In this document: positions 63,526-64,000 of the stretch, one piece after another | Layout: every line of letters starts with the position of its first letter | Position numbering within the stretch: position 1 is the first letter of the stretch | NCBI GenBank assembly: GCA_900317745.1 | Contig: ONHW01000010.1 | Location: forward strand, 911 to 64,910 | Length of the DNA: 64,000 nt | Direction of reading: 5' to 3' | Source of the DNA: an uncultured Bacteroidales bacterium | GTDB taxonomy: Bacteria > Bacteroidota > Bacteroidia > Bacteroidales > Paludibacteraceae | Position numbers and translations under genes: made by a program | The notes under the pieces: model-generated | The model's database searches: none | Seen by the model: the letters and a program-made list of their open reading frames with translations, nothing else | Told to the model about the DNA's origin: nothing

Positions 63526-64000
63526 TTATTTCACGAGCTTGCCGGTCTTGACCGTGCCGTTGTCGTAGCGGGTCACCACCACGTTCACGCCCTGGAAGGG
63601 AGCGTTGCTTACCTGGCCGGCGACATTGACATACTGCACGCTGCTCACAGCAGCCTTGGTCTCGACATCGTTCACAGCGGTGACGATGAAGTCGGCGTTG
63701 AGCGGGCACAGGATGTAGTTCTCGTAATAGTTGTCATCGTCGCGATAGGCCTTGCGGGGCTTGGGAGCCTTCACGGCCTGGGCGGCTGCGCGCTTGTGCT
63801 GGGCAAAGGTTGCCATGCGGCTGCGTGCGGGAGCGCCTGCATTCTCGTCGTCCTCGGGACGCACTTCCCAAGCCTCGTTGAGTTTGATGACCACTTGGTC
63901 GAGTTCCACGAGGTCGCCATCCTTGGGCTGGCCGGCCTGGCCGATGTAGCGGCGGTCGAGGGCGATGGGTTGCCACAGCTCGCCATTCTCATCCATGCCC
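63526..64000 (-). CDS. C-terminal part of an unassigned protein (5' end probably outside window)
   Basis: The frame is open to the window edge. It ends ...NAPFQGVNVVVTRYDNGTVKTGKLVK. It has a low-complexity basic/acidic linker and no signal peptide at the internal Met. Confidence 0.5.
   Translation of the reverse strand, partial: GMDENGELWQPIALDRRYIGQAGQPKDGDLVELDQVVIKLNEAWEVRPEDDENAGAPARSRMATFAQHKRAAAQAVKAPKPRKAYRDDDNYYENYILCPLNADFIVTAVNDVETKAAVSSVQYVNVAGQVSNAPFQGVNVVVTRYDNGTVKTGKLVK

Overview
This window reads as a chromosomal segment from a Bacteroidota (Bacteroidales-type) genome. TTTG / TAnnTTTG promoter boxes precede most operons, I saw no Shine-Dalgarno sites, and the gene content fits: BspA-type LRR surface proteins, TolC-HlyD-ABC-2 and MacAB-TolC efflux operons, a LytS/LytTR pair, Lon, UvrA, RecQ, GcvP, LysS, GpsA, Pgi and RibH. 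I can support about 50 protein genes and one tRNA (anticodon CAU). I saw no rRNA, CRISPR array, integrase, transposase or reverse transcriptase. Most of the window is housekeeping. There are two accessory patches. (i) 7.9-13.25 kb holds an AraC gene scar, an AAA+/DUF234 ATPase, and a G+C-rich module: a small basic protein, 3 x 22-bp iteron-like repeats, a long inverted repeat, a DUF3987 protein and a divergent Trp-rich 387-aa orphan. (ii) 45.4-48.1 kb lies around the tRNA and holds gene fragments, a promoter-to-terminator structured RNA candidate and a low-G+C AAA+/DUF4143 ATPase. The most unusual signals are these. A 23/24-nt tandem-repeat family occurs both in frame inside uvrA and as a 23-nt array truncating the yigZ-like gene. 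The origin-like repeat architecture sits next to the DUF3987 gene. Base composition and codon usage switch abruptly inside pgi (~44.9 kb), which may mean recombination or a chimeric assembly. A TPR protein and a signal-peptide-bearing glycerophosphodiester phosphodiesterase are joined with no stop codon. A (GTCGAAA)4 heptamer repeat lies inside a U32 peptidase gene. I did not find a complete, clearly novel multi-gene system, so the candidates above are flagged with their uncertainties. All family assignments come from motifs read by eye and recalled family signatures, not from searches. G+C statements are hand counts of a few 60-nt lines only.
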